Positions 12,109 to 28,830 of a stretch of 64,000 nt of DNA are shown here, in pieces. The DNA comes from Macrostomum lignano. Taxonomy: Eukaryota. Every line of letters begins with the position of its first letter. Position 1 is the stretch's first letter. The notes beneath the pieces were generated by a model. It did no database searches. It worked only from the letters and a program-made list of their open reading frames with translations, and was not told the DNA's origin. The position numbers were made by a program, and so were the translations under genes. Where the stretch lies: assembly GCA_002269645.1 (NCBI GenBank), contig NIVC01000691.1, forward strand, positions 124,001 through 188,000, given 5' to 3'.

Positions 12109-15100
12109 ATGGCGGCTCGACCTCCTGTGAGACGGCGGAAAGCGACCGGGTCCGGGGCCGCTCGGAAGGCCTCGCCCGAGGACCAGTTCATGGCCGCTGC
12201 CATTGGCGACGTAGAGTGGCTCCGGCAGAGCCTCCGAGAGCCAGGAGCTTCAGCCGGAGCTTTCGACAGAAACGGCCTGGCAGCTGTGCACCTGGCCGCC
12301 ATTCACGGCAGACTCGAATGCCTTCGACTGCTGATTGAGCAGAACGGTTGCGACGTTAACTCAGCTAGTAGTACCGGTTGGAGACCGGTGCACCTGTGCA
12401 TCAGTGCGCAGACTGGGCCCAGGTCACTGCAGTGCCTGCTCTACCTGCTGGACAAAGGGGCTGATCACTCCTGCGTCAATGACGACTTCGTGAGTTAGAA
12501 TAGTATGTTTCTACCCGTCCGTTTCTATGAGACCTGTCCGTTTCTATGAGACCTGTCCGTTTCTATGAGACCTGTCCGTTTCTATGAGACCTGTCCGTTT
12601 CTATGAGACCTGTCCGTTTCTATGAGACCTGTCCGTTTCTATGAGACCTGTCCGTTTCTATGAGACCTGTCCGTTTCTATGAGACCTGTCTGTTTCGAAC
12701 TTACCGTTGACCGCTTCTATCTGTCTCTTTCTACGCGTCAGTTTTATATCTGTCAATACCTACCTACCTGTCCATACCTACCTGTCCATCTCTACCTGTC
12801 CATCTCTACCTGTCCATCTCTACCTGTACATATCTACCTGTCCGTATCTACCTGCTGTTCATCTGTACCTGTCCATCTGTACCTGTCCATCTCTACCTGT
12901 CAATCTCTACCTGTCCATCTGTACCTGTCCATCTGTACCTGTCCATCTCTACCTGTCCATATCTACCTGTCCATATCTACCTGTCCGTATCTAACTGCTG
13001 TCCATCTGTACCTGTCCATATCTACCTGTCCGTATCTAACTGCTGTCCATCTGTACCTGTCCATATTTACCTGCCCATATCTACAAATGTCCATATCTAC
13101 CTGTCCATATCTACCTGTCCATATTTACCTGTCCATATCTACCTGTCCATATCTACCTGTTCATATGTACCTGTCCACATGTACCTGTCCATTCTGAAAC
13201 TTATTGCCTTGAACTCATCCTTAAATTGCTGCACAGAATACGAAGGAATATTCACTAAGGACTGGTGAGCAGCAAAATATCACACACCGACTCAAATTAA
13301 TTAAAAAATGCTTACACTTGCTAAAAGCAATTTTCTTCACGTAATCACGTTATATCAGTTCACGCTTAGCATCATGACAAATAACGATGTTGTGAACTTT
13401 CGAAGTATTTTCTAAGAAACAAGTTATTCTTTTTTGAACAGATAGAAGTACTCACGGTAACTACTTATAATAATATGTCTGATTTGTATTCAATTTTAAT
13501 TACTCAAACAATCACTGTAAGGTGACGCCGGTGCACCAGGCCGCCAGCGAGGGCCACCTTCAGGCCCTGCAGCTGCTCATCAAGCTGGGAGCCAAGCTGG
13601 ATCAAACCGACATTCGCGGCTTCCGGCCAATCGACATGGCCAAAATCTGGGGCCACCGGAAGTGCGCCAAGCTGCTGGCCACCGAGACTTGGCACCGGGA
13701 GAAGGACCAGGTGGCCAGGAAGCTCAAGATGGAGAAGAGACTGGCTATGAAGGATTTGTTGAAGCAGTTTGAAAAAGAGGAACAGGTTGCTCACGACATG
13801 AGATACCAAGGTGAGTTGATTGCTCAGGTATTCGTCTTCTGCTCTGCTCCCTAATTGGGATACTTAGCTTGCTCACAGGTGCTAGCACCCCTGTGCTGGC
13901 ACCCCTGGTGCTGGCGCCCCTGGTGCTGGCGCCCCTGGTGCTGGCACCCCTAGTGCTGGCACCCCTGGTGCTGGCACCCCTGGTGCTGGCACCCCTGGTG
14001 CTGGCACCCCTGGTGCTGGCACCACTGGTGCTAAAGCCCCTGGTGCTAAAGCCCCTGGTGCTAAAGCCCCTGGTGCTAAAGCCCCTGGTGCCAAAGCCCC
14101 TGGTGCTAAAGTCCCTGGTGCTAAAGTCCCTGGTGCTAAAGCCCCTGGTGCTAAAGCCCCTGGTGCTAAAAGCACTGGTGCTAAAGCCCCTGGTGCTAAA
14201 AGCACTGGTGCTAAAAGCACTGGTGCTAAAGCCCCTAGTGCTAAAGCCCCTGGTGCTAAAGCCCCTGGTGCTAAAGCAACTGGTGCTAAAGCCCCTGGTG
14301 CTAAAAGTACTGGTGCTAAAGCCCCTGGTGCTAAAAGCACTGGTGCTAAAGCCCCTGCTGCTAAAGCCCTTGGTGCTAAAGCCCCTGGTGCTAAAGCCCC
14401 TGGTGCTAAAGTCCCTGGTGCTAAAGTCCCTGGTGCTAAAGTCCCTGTTGCTAAAGCCCCTGGTGCTAAAAGCACTGGTGCTAAAGCCCCTGCTGCTAAA
14501 GCCCTTGGTGCTAAAGTCCCTGGTGCTAAAGCCCCTGGTGCTAAAGTCCCTGGTGCTAAAGTCCCTGGTGCTAAAGCCCCTGGTGCTAAAGCCTATCTAA
14601 TAATAAAAATTTCACAAACGCACTCAGGTAACGAAGCTTTCAACGAGTGGGTCCAGCAAGTCGAGGAGACCAAAGTCAGTCACAAAAAGCGCCATCGCAG
14701 TTCGGAGGAGAAGCAGCCACGGCCAGACCAGCAGCAGCAGCCGCCGAGAAAAGACGAACAGCTCGAAGCCTCTCCAGCTGAACGCTATCGCCAGCCGACG
14801 GTGACAGAGGAGGACGCAGAAGCCGACAAACTGCAGACGCAAGTTCGCGAAGTCATCGACGAGGCGAATGAAATTCTTGGCGAGCGCGGCGGACAGGAGC
14901 AGCGGCCGCCGTTGAGACTGGCTCATCATCCGCAGGTGCCAAAATTTTATTAGACGCAGGGGCTGTGGTGCACTCTAACGCACTTTAAGCGACATTGTCA
15001 CACAACCGTCGAGAGGCATTGCTGCCCATTCCGCCGACTCCCCTGAGCAGGCACACAAGCGCGCGGATACATACGCAGTCATACGCACAGGCACACACTC

Positions 15101-16266
15101 ACACAGGAGTGTACAGCGGCCCTAACTTTATTTATCGTTGTGCATGTACACTTCACTGTGCCTTTAGGGTTGGTCCTCAAGGCCGTTAATTGCACGAGCA
15201 GAGCCAAGCCGAGATTCCAATTTAGCTCCAAAATTATGTAACTGCACTTGGAATCGAGCCTGGGCCGCTGGCACATCAGACTACCTATGCTACGGCCCCT
15301 CTTCATCTATGTGCTAACCATAGTCAACTCTACTTAACTTAAAACGCTGCCTTGAAATGCGCCAACGTCTCATACGGCTAGAGGCTCATTAGTTAACTCG
15401 GATTACCAGCCCCTAGTTCTACGAGTAGTTCCCACCCACGAGCTGAAAATTAATTGAGCCTGAGCTTCGAGCAGGTTGCCCTTTGAAACTGATATCTTAG
15501 TTAATGACGCTGTGAACAAGTCCAAGAAGTACAAAAATTTACAGGCTATCAATGAAAATAACTCGTTTTAAAGTTTGAACAAAAGCATTCTTTAGATTTC
15601 ATCCAAGCGTTGCTTTCATTCCTTCGAACGCTGCAGGACTGGAACCACTCCACCAAGGTGTCAATCTGCTTCAATCCCTACCAGCCGCGCCTCGAGGACG
15701 TCTACCCGCGCGACAACTTCACTCGGCTGCCGCACCCGGCCAACTCGTATCCGCTGCGACTCAACGTCCGCTCGCGACATCCCGAAGCGGCACTGGCCGG
15801 AGACAGCGACCGCCGAGAGATGCGCGACGTTGGAGCGGAACGGCGAGACGCTCAAGGCGATGGCGAAGACCTGAACGAGTCGCCGGAAGAGGAAGAGACG
15901 AAGGCGCCGCGGCCGCGTCCAGCGAGCACCGTCGCAGATGAGCGTCCGTTCCGCGAGCAGCTGTTCGCCTGCAAGTCCGTGCTGGACATTCAACGACGCA
16001 AACGTCTTGACGAGGTTGTCCGCCGCTACCGAGGCGAGGCAGCCGCCCATCTGACGTCGGACAGCAGGTCGTTTTTGTTTCGCGATGCTCTGGGCTTGGA
16101 GACGGCGGCGTCGGCAGGTTCAGTGGCAGGTTCAGCAGCGGCTAGCAAGAAGAGCAGCAAGCAGAGCAGCAGGCGGAGCAGCGGCAAGAGCGGCAGTCAG
16201 CCGAGACAGAAAACTCCGATGGCTTCGCATTCGAGTAGACTGCTGACCCCGGAGCTGAAGGCTTAG
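12109..16266 (+). CDS. ANKRD53: Ankyrin repeat domain protein 53-like; exons 12109-12489, 13522-13810, 14628-14935, 15637-16266
   Basis: GT-AG junctions join in frame. QFMAAAIGDVEWLRQSL and GFRPIDMAKIWGHRKCAKLL...W match ANKRD53 (FAAAVGNVEWLR; GYKPIDFCKIWNHRACARFL) as recalled. Confidence 0.8.
12516..13195. repeat. Intronic 19-bp (gtccgtttctatgagacct) array followed by a ~12-bp (ctacctgtccat) array
   Basis: Read directly; ANKRD53 intron 1. Confidence 0.92.
13875..14593. repeat. Intronic 15-bp minisatellite (gcccctggtgctaaa)
   Basis: Read directly; ANKRD53 intron 2. Confidence 0.95.
14957..15240. repeat. ~280-bp dispersed repeat, copy 2 (inverted relative to 7876-8150), in ANKRD53 intron 3
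   Basis: Reverse-complement identity with small indels. Confidence 0.8.
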
Positions 16267-16953
16267 AATGACGTCATACTCGCAAATCAGGCAAATTTTG
16301 CAACGTGTAGCGTCATTCTAATTTAGTTTTCATGCGCCGACAAAGTACATGTGTTACTTGCTCTTCTGCTGAAGTTTTGATCAAAATAAGGGCATAAAAA
16401 AGTTTCGTAGTTTGATGAGAAGACTGCTCTTTCGCTAATATTGACCACGTTGCCTTTACATGTTACCTGTCTGTCAATCGAAATTGACGTGTGTCATACT
16501 TGACTGATTGATAAGACTGCTGAAAAGACTCACACTTCCTATAAAATTTATTGAAAATTAACTACTTCTGAAGTATTCTATAAAGGATAAATAGTAAAAC
16601 TGCTGATATCTTGTAACTTGCTTTTTCCGATAGAAAGTAGCCCAAAACTTGTGCGCAACGAAATTGACCTATTTTATAATTTCTTCGCAGCAGTTTATCA
16701 TATGTAACTTTTGTTTTAATAGTAAAATATAAAGATAAATTAAATATTTTTCATTGAAATTCCAACAACAAAAACAGATTTCCGCTGATTTATAGATTAA
16801 TTGATTTATTTTATTGAGCAATTTTGCGAATCAAAACAATTTTAACGGCATTTTTCTAGGAAACACAAATACCCAACCCGTAAAATTGTGACTTAAAGTT
16901 AGCTAAAATTAACCGTGCCTTGTAGTTCGTATTTAAAAAACGAACGGAGCAAT

Positions 16954-20184
<3,231 letters not shown>

Positions 20185-20680
20185 GGCTCAAATCTTTAAT
20201 TCTGCACGCGAAAGCTGTGGAAATATACCTGGCTAGAAGGGCTAGGAAATCTCAAATTTATATAGACAGGAAACATCGTGCCCAGCCTCGAGAATAGCAG
20301 AGTAAACACACAGCTATTAAAAAGCCTTGCACATTTCTCATTTGTGAAATAGTTTCACGTGCTCATAGTCAGTCTTAAATTTGCGCGTCTCACTGTAGCA
20401 GTGTCTGACAGCGCATTGTACAGGCAATTGGGGAGGTCAGACTTTGTGTATCTATCTACTCATACCAGTGCTCAAGTTGCACACAGCTCTCATTGTTTGA
20501 CGTGGATTTGTCTGCAAACAAACTTTAAGAATAGAGAACTGTTTGAGTTATGATGTTAGCTAACAATCAATTTACATTCATGAATGTCATTTGAGCTTAA
20601 ATGTATAGATTGATTGTTACAGACGAAATATTTTCGCTACAAAATGAGAAATCGCTGGGTGGTTTTTTGTAATTCCCAGG

Positions 20681-23427
20681 TTAATTTTCTCTCAACGACA
20701 GATCAACTGTCGCTCTACGAGTCCGACGGCCATTGTCGCTTTGTCGACGCTGATTGTGACGTTTCCTAGGACAGCAGCGGCAGAAGCAGCAACAGCAGAG
20801 GCGGTTGATCACGCTGTCGAACCAACGAGCGACGCGGATCCGAGCGGCTGGGCAGCAGACCAGAAACGGCACCAGCTTGAAGGATGCGCCGGCAAAAGCC
20901 AGCAGTCTGCAGGCGAGCTCGAGCCACAGTCGGCGAGCGTCCTCGCCCAGCGCCAAGTCCGGCGCGGCTCTGGCCAGAGTCTGACGGCCGGACAGCCTGA
21001 CGGAGCCGCGCACTGACGAGAAGCTGAGAAAGTTGGTCACGTAGGTCACCGTCTCGGGCACGGTGGCGATCACGTACATAACGGAGACGGTTAGAAAACA
21101 GACGCGCAATTGTTTGAATGTCGGGCAATCGACAATGTACTTTTGCATCAGTCTCTCCGTGCTCAGCCGGTCATCTGGCGTGGTGGTCAAGCAGTGTGAT
21201 TCGTCTCCCAGGATACCGGATGTGCGACGCGACAAAGCAGAGGAGGATGCGAAGGCGTGACGCATGGCGCATCCGGCGCTTAGCAGAGCCGCGATAGAAA
21301 TCACCGTCAGAGGCAGGGCGTCCGATACAAGAAAATCGATGAGCGGCCACACAGTGTTGCGCCAGGCTGGGGCTATCCACGTAGACGCTACGGTGCAGAG
21401 ACTCTCTGAGGAGGTGGTAAATGATGCGAACAATTGCAGCATTGAAACTGTGCATCTGGCCACTAAAATATCCAGTAAACCCATTTTGTTCCACTCTCTG
21501 AAGAGAGGACAGAGCAACTCAGCGGTAAACGCGTCTTCCTTTTCGGTTCCGTGCGTGATCTCATTCATTTGGGGCTTGTAAGCACGAAAATCGGCTCTTC
21601 AAACCTCTGAGGGCCAACAGCTAAGGCACAGAGAGTGTACATGCCTGAGGATTGAAAAGCCAGGACCGCTGTACACCCTATGTCTTGATAGAGTACGCTT
21701 GTATGTGTTCGGGAATCAGTCAGCGAAATGGGAAGAATTGCCCCATTGTATTTATGGGACATGTCTCCCAGGGCGTTGAGCAAGCTGAAGAGTCCTCAAC
21801 CCTCCTGCTGCCTAAATGATGCGATATTTTAATCATTGATTTGTAGAACTGTTTCAAAACGCACTACTCTAGTCTAATATATGGATTGTTGCCTGTCTGA
21901 GTTTTGAATGCGCATTCATAATACTGAAATGTTTAACCTAATGCTTGAACTCATTACCCTTAGCATCGCTGCTCTCTAGTCGCACGTCCTGCAACGAATA
22001 GGTCCACAGGTACTGTGAGTTGAGCACTAGAAAGGTGGCGCAGAACGCGATCAGGGTGTTCCCGACTCGATCAGGACGCAGGCTCTGCCAGGCCTTCACG
22101 GGCCGCCAATACAGGCTGACGGTGTCCCAGGCCAGAGCAAGGTGGGCGAAGCCCCGCATGTGCACCACGCAGCCGTAGGCGAACGGGAAAACGCTGCAGG
22201 CGGTCTTCGACTGAGTCAGCGCCATGCTGACTGGACTAATGTCCAAAGCGCAGCGAAGCCACAGATCGCCGCATCGAACAAGTAAAAGGACCAGGTCGGC
22301 GCTTGAGATGGCGGCAACATACAGGCAGGTGCCGAGTCGACTGTAGGCGAACTGCGAGACAATTTTGCCATTAAAAATAGCAAGTTCTGACTTGAAATGA
22401 GACAAACGGTTCCCCAAGGGGTTGCAGGTTGACTCTCTCTCTGCACCTTGGTACATGTATGTCGCAGAGCAGCTCATCAGTTCACATGCCAGACTCTCTC
22501 AGCTAGAGTACTCAAGTTCGAAAACCGTGCGCCACCGCTACGTTAACTTGGAGCTTGAGCACCAAAATTGGTCTGATAGCGATAGCTTGTGTTTGTCTTC
22601 TTTCTATATCAGGATGGCCTCATTCTATATCAGGATATCCTCATTCTATAACAGGATGTCCTCATTCTATATCGGGATGTCCTCGTTCTATATCAGGATG
22701 TCCTCATTCTATATCAGGATGTCCTCATTCTATATCAGGATATCCTCATTCTATAACAGGATGTCCTCATTCTATATCAGGATTTCCTCATTCTATATCA
22801 GGATATTCTCATTCTATATCGGGATTTCCTCATTCTATATCAGGATGTCCTCATTATATATCAGGATGTCCTCATTATATATCAGGATGTCCTCATTCTA
22901 TATCAGGATGTCCTCATTCTATATCGGGATGTCCTCATTCTATATCAGGATGTCCTCATTCTATATCGGGATGTCCTCATTCTAAATCAGGGTGTGCTCA
23001 TCCCATAGCCTAGGGCATCGGTTCACCCTGTGACTGAGTGCTCTCACCACACCATATAAGTTATCCTGAGCCCCGGGCTCACCTGGAACATGCAGCAGAT
23101 CAGTGCTGAGTTGCACACGGTGCCAGCCACCGTCAGAACTGCCAGCACAACGGCGCAGACCATACGAGCTTCAATTGGCAGCGAGTTTAGCGGTCTCCCA
23201 TTGGTTAGACAGGCGATCGCGAATGCGAACAGGTGGCTCTCGCGCTCCTCAGTCATGACAGAGTGCTTCGAATGGTCCAGAGCTTCTAGTTCCGTCGCGG
23301 TTGCTTTGTTCGTTGCGATAGCTGACGCGCTCACGGAAGCGTTGCTGCCACCATTCGTTTTAGCCACTGCTGCTGGACTGTACGCTGCTGCATCTGAAAA
23401 TGAGCACGGTCGATTGGCTGCTAGCAT
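20681..23427 (-). CDS. Orphan rhodopsin-like (class A) GPCR; exons 23427-23083, 22351-21958, 21405-20681
   Basis: Seven hydrophobic helices. TM1 GTVCN, TM2 SADLVLL, TM3 Cys, ECL2 Cys (ESLC), TM5 IDFLVSDALP, TM6 VSVMYVIATVP, Cys-rich C-tail. In-frame GT-AG joins. Confidence 0.8.
22600..22985. repeat. 21-bp minisatellite (tatatcaggatgtcctcattc) in GPCR intron 1; a related array lies at 24552-24695
   Basis: Read directly. Confidence 0.93.
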
Positions 23428-23899
23428 TGTCCAGGTGAATTCTATTATTAAATTTCACAAGTAATTCAATCTAGAGCGACGCACACGATGAAGCGGACAG
23501 GCGATGATGCTGGGTTTTACTCTCTAAGTGAAGGCCTAAAGAACACAACTAGTCTCTCCTTCTCTCTACACAGCTGAGCTGAAACTGCTCCTGCTCTGGG
23601 GGAGGCTTTTATCATGGGGTTGACTCACGCAGAGTCGCTGGCGGGAAACTCTGCGGATTCTGGAGGGATCATCATTCAGAGCTGAGATAAAATTGGCGAT
23701 ACGGCTGCCGCTAAAAAGGAGCCTGCAGCCATTTTTCATGCTGCCAACTCTGGGATAGCGGCTTACTGGCCCTTAATTCCGTCTCTTATAATGATAGAGG
23801 CGACACGGCTCATCCCTGATAGATAAGCTAAACAGTGCTACTGACTGATGTGCTCTGCAACAATGGGAGGCTGTCTGCCTAACGAAACGATTCTAAAAC

Positions 23900-24293
<394 letters not shown>

Positions 24294-25329
24294 GGAACTC
24301 ACCTGGCCCCAAGCTCGGCAGGCTCTGCAGACTCCGACACATGATGAGGTACCTCAAATCCGGCCATTGCAATCCAGCCTCTGTTGGTCTGTCGCTCATT
24401 GTTGTGGTTTTTGCTACTGAAAGTAGACGGTTAGGGGATAAGTTTTGCCTTCCCTTGTTCCAGCTTGGTTTGAAATTTCATGTAAGAAAAGTAATAAAAA
24501 TATCCATGATGTTGAGCTAAAATCCATGCTACTTAAATGATATACTGACTTGAATCAGGATGCCCTCCTTCTATATCAGGATGCCCTCCTTCTATATCAG
24601 GATGCCCTCCTTCTATATCAGTATGCCCTCATTCTACGAGTATATCAGTATGTCCTTATTCTACATCAGGATGTCCTCATTCTATATCAGGATGTCACCA
24701 ACTCACCGAGAAAGTTTAAGCACGTTTTTGAAACGGGATTCCTTCTCTTTTTAGTCGCAATTTCCACTTACACACTCTGCTAATCTCTTTTATTTGAAGC
24801 AATTGCAATCAAAAACCTACTGCACCTCGAAGAATTGCTGAGCGATTGCCAATAAGTAGGGAGAACCCGCGATGCACCTCTCATGTGATTGGCTGTTCGA
24901 AATGCATTTCGAATTCCGAAAATCTGCACACGAAATTGGGGGAATGAATTGGCAGATCAGTATTTTTATTGCCCGAATCGTCCGCTCAGCCACTCTCTGA
25001 CCCCCTGGGGGGACGGCACTCCGGTTGAACAGATCGCATTTGCATTTTCCGGAAACGGTTGAACCATTAAAAGTGACTTTTTTTGGAAAAAAAGAATTTA
25101 AACAAATAAAATTAAATGGTACTTGTCGTTTGCGGTGACTAATTAAATTTAATGAGGTCTGAGTTTGCACCATTGTATCTACTCTTTCTATTTTACACAG
25201 TCTTATCTCAATAGATCTAGTCTCATATCATGGAGATGCATTTTGTCCTTTTCGGTTATTTTTTGTTTTAGTTTTAAATTGTATCTGATTTTAGCAACAA
25301 AAATATCTTACTCAACTTACGATCACTCT

Positions 25330-25940
25330 TAATCTTACCTAACTCTACTGTAATCTCTAATCTCACTCTCTAACTCTCTAACTCAATCTCACTCTTCAAA
25401 TCTTGCCTACTTCTATCTCACCTCTACTCTTAATCTCATCTCATCTACTCCACTTTCGACTCGACTACAGCCTCTCCTATGCTAGTATCAACTCTATTCT
25501 CCCCTCTACCCTAATCTCATCCCGTCACTACTCTATTCTCACCTCTACTCTAATCTCATCCCGTCACTACTCTATTCTCACCTCTCCTCTAATCTCATCC
25601 CGTCACTACTCTATTCTCACATCTACTCTAATCTCATCCGGTCACTACTCTATTCTCACATCTACTCTAATCTCATCCCGTCACTACTCTATTCTCACCT
25701 CTACTCTAATCCCACCTATTCGACTTTAACCTAACTCTAACTTCAACTAGCTTCTAATCGTACTTCTACACTTATCTCACCTCTATTCTAACCTCATCTA
25801 CTTCAAGCTGGACTCAAATCTAATCTCACCAACTCTAATCTCGCCTCTATTCTGATCTCGCCTACTCCAATTTTGAATTAACGTCACCTATTTACCCAAA
25901 TACACTAATCTGATCTGAACTCTACTTCAATCTCACCTCC
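25330..25940. repeat. CT-rich low-complexity region with a 39-bp tandem core (~25520-25710)
   Basis: Unit ccgtcactactctattctcacctctactctaatctcatc, about 5 copies. Confidence 0.85.
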
Positions 25941-26838
25941 ACTCTAAACTCATCAAAACTAATCTCACCCAGCAACAATCAAGCCAGCGCACAACAGTCG
26001 CTGATGCAGATTCTGACTGAATATAAGAAGCAGCAAGGCCTGGAGACTGGAGACTGAGAACCCTGCCGCAAAAATCCTCCGCAATCAAATTCTCTCTCAG
26101 GCAGTCCAGGCACGCCAGCATCTCTTGTTTGCTAAGTCATTTATGCACGCAAAAATGGCCTCATCAAGAGGAGGCCCTGCAGAGTGCACGGGTGTCTGCG
26201 TGTTCCACTCAGATATCAGCTCATCTCATTTATTGCTGCCCATATTTCTTAGGGTAAGGGGGGGGGGTTGTTGCTACCCGAACTCAAGATGCTCAGCGGT
26301 TGCTGGCGCTTTAGACTTTTCTCTCTCATTTTGGTGCACTGTTTGGACCCGTGTAGACTCAGATTGAGAGTAAACTCTACAGCTGATATAAAAATTCTGC
26401 TCAAAAGCAATAGAATGTACTCGAATTCCAATTTCTACGTACTGCATCGATGGCGGAGAACTCCGTACTCACGAATCAACGACTCCATATCTACTGGAAG
26501 CTGGTTTTTGCAAACTGATTGTGTACGTCTAGTTTCTGTCTAATATTGTTTTTCTCGTTTTAGAGAAATTTTTCTTTAAACTACTTTAAGTAGTTTTCGA
26601 GAGTATATTTAATATAGAGTTTTCCCATTAAATTTTATAAATCATTAATTCAAGAAAATTAACAACACCTGTTGTTAGTTTGAGTGCCTTTCTGCTACGC
26701 TGCTCTAAATGTCTCACGGCTAATGGAGATAAATACACCAGCTTTACACCTGCACTCAAAATTAGCTAGTGCCTAAAGCCTGAAAAGAGTCTAAGGGAAA
26801 CTTAAGCTTTTTCACAGAAAGTTAAAATCGTAGCAAAA

Positions 26839-27621
26839 ATGACCTCGAATTATCTGCTGTTGTTAATCCTTTGGGTCAGCAGTCGTGAAGAAATTATGAT
26901 TTCTGCAACCAGCATCAGCAGCGGCACGGGGTACTCGGCCATCGATGCCCTCCTGTGCGTTGCCAGCGAGTTCGTCCAGACGCGCCCGGAAGTCGAAGGC
27001 ACTCTGGGCTGCGCGATGCTCTGCAGCCGCAACCCGCGCTGCCAGGCGTTCGGAGCTCCGGACGGCGGCTCCGCTGCCTGCCGACTCTTCGTGTTCGACG
27101 CCTGCAGCCGGTCGGTGCGCTCGGACTGCGGCTGCTCGCAGCGCGGCCGGCTGTTCGTCAAGCAGCGCTCGGGTCTGACGTCCGGCTCGCTGTGTCCGAG
27201 CGGCTTCGGACACGGCCGGTACGGAGTGAAGTACATGGCGTACAACGGCTCCGGGAACTGGGAGCAGAGCCGACTGAGGTGCGAGTCCGAGCCCGGTCTC
27301 GTCGTCATGGCCGACGCTGCCGACCTCGCCGAGCTGAGCCACCTGGACCGGGTGCGCAACGAGTCGCTGTCGCCGCAGACCTCCGTGTGGCTCGGCGGTC
27401 TGCAGCAGCCCGGCAGTGCGGAGCCGTCAGGCGGATGGACGTGGGCGACCTGCGGCAGCCCGATTGACAGCAGCCTGTGGACCACCGATCAGCCAAATAA
27501 TTTTCAAGAGGACAACGCAACTGCCATTGCCAGGAATTTTCCTGGACTTCTGGTTGACGCCAATTCTATGGACGCGCGCTCGACGTCCGTTCTGTGCGAG
27601 TGCGTGTCGCCTTTTGACTAA
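26839..27621 (+). CDS. Secreted PAN/apple + C-type lectin protein, copy 1
   Basis: Hydrophobic N-terminus, PAN-type cysteines (CAMLCSRNPRCQAF...CRL), and a CTLD (NWEQSRLRC, VWLGG, WTW, W..DQPNN, terminal LCEC). Confidence 0.8.
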   Translation: MTSNYLLLLILWVSSREEIMISATSISSGTGYSAIDALLCVASEFVQTRPEVEGTLGCAMLCSRNPRCQAFGAPDGGSAACRLFVFDACSRSVRSDCGCSQRGRLFVKQRSGLTSGSLCPSGFGHGRYGVKYMAYNGSGNWEQSRLRCESEPGLVVMADAADLAELSHLDRVRNESLSPQTSVWLGGLQQPGSAEPSGGWTWATCGSPIDSSLWTTDQPNNFQEDNATAIARNFPGLLVDANSMDARSTSVLCECVSPFD

Positions 27622-28830
27622 GCATCGGAATGAAATTTAAACTGTCATCTAGGTATAGCTTCACGATCCTTGTAGGATTTGTGAAAGATCAGACTCTGAA
27701 GTTTCTGAAATGAACAAATAAATTCTGCTGTCTCATAGTAGTCAGCCGCATCTAATGACGAACACCCTTGTCAAAAATCGTTGTTTTTTACGCGCTCAGA
27801 TGAATCCCGCAGAAAAACCTCATAAAGTTGGACATTTCACTTCCAACAAATAGCCATTTCTCATTGCCACTTGTTTACGGATGACTTTTTTATCTGATGC
27901 TTGATACTTTTCCTACTCTAACTTTTCGGATATCAGGGGCGACAGATGTGGCTTCGCCCATCTAAACCTGCTGAAAGAAATTACAAAAGCTAGCTCTGTG
28001 AACAGTTGCACCTGTCATGTCAAGTGTCGATTGTCAGCGTTTGTGTCATAAAAGCAATTCCTACACACGTGTGGAGCAGTTCAATAGCCATGGGAATAGC
28101 TGTTGCTAATTGGAATGAAAACATTGTCCACGATTTTCTGTGAAATCGCATTTTAGCTATTACACATATCTTTCTGGCCACATCTGGCCATTTTCAGATG
28201 GGACTTTTTTTCGTCAAATTTTAATAATTGCTTCAGAAGCTTGCTTGCTGCATCGTTCCAATATCAGAATCAGGCAGAACTCATCGAGAGGAGCTTGTCA
28301 CAAAGCTTGTCAGAGGCGGCTCTGCAACTCTGTGTTAATTGCCTCTTTCAATGCCAAACATTGATATACAAACGAGATTCGTAGTCAGGACCACGTTTTC
28401 TGAGTCTAAAGTCTTTATCAGCTACTTATGAGTAGGGATGCACGGTTGAAGCGTTTCCTAGAATTCATAGACACACATATAACATGTGGGCGCTTCCAAA
28501 GTCCCCGACGCGAAAGCGTTGAGTGGCTACCTTGGGTATTTATTCAAAAAATCGATTTTTTGAGAGAGAATATTATTGACACCATGAACACCTGGGAAGA
28601 AGGCTACGGAAAAAAGTAGTTGAGTGACTGAGACACTCAAAGCAGAGCCCTTAATGGGAGTGCAGATTTGACAAATGAAGCTAGTTTTTACTAAGAAATC
28701 GCTCCGTGTCACTCATACAGCTTCGTCGCTTTGAAAAACATTTATATATTGAAGTGAATCAAATAGAGACAAGCCAGACTGGAGTAGTCGTATCTCCTAC
28801 TCAAGCAGCATACAGTTAAAAACCTTAAAG

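Noticed and set aside
14957-15030. tRNA-derived SINE head (ggggctgtggtgca...)
   Set aside because: Only a weak A-box resemblance, with no convincing B box or cloverleaf. Kept as an unclassified dispersed repeat.
21565-21783. Extra GPCR exon
   Set aside because: Exon 2 (phase 1 at 21958) joins exon 3 (21405) directly in frame and supplies the ECL2 cysteine, so no extra exon is needed.
24896-24913. Perfect 18-bp palindrome TTCGAAATGCATTTCGAA as a heat-shock element
   Set aside because: The spacing does not fit nGAAn inverted arrays, and there is no supporting context.
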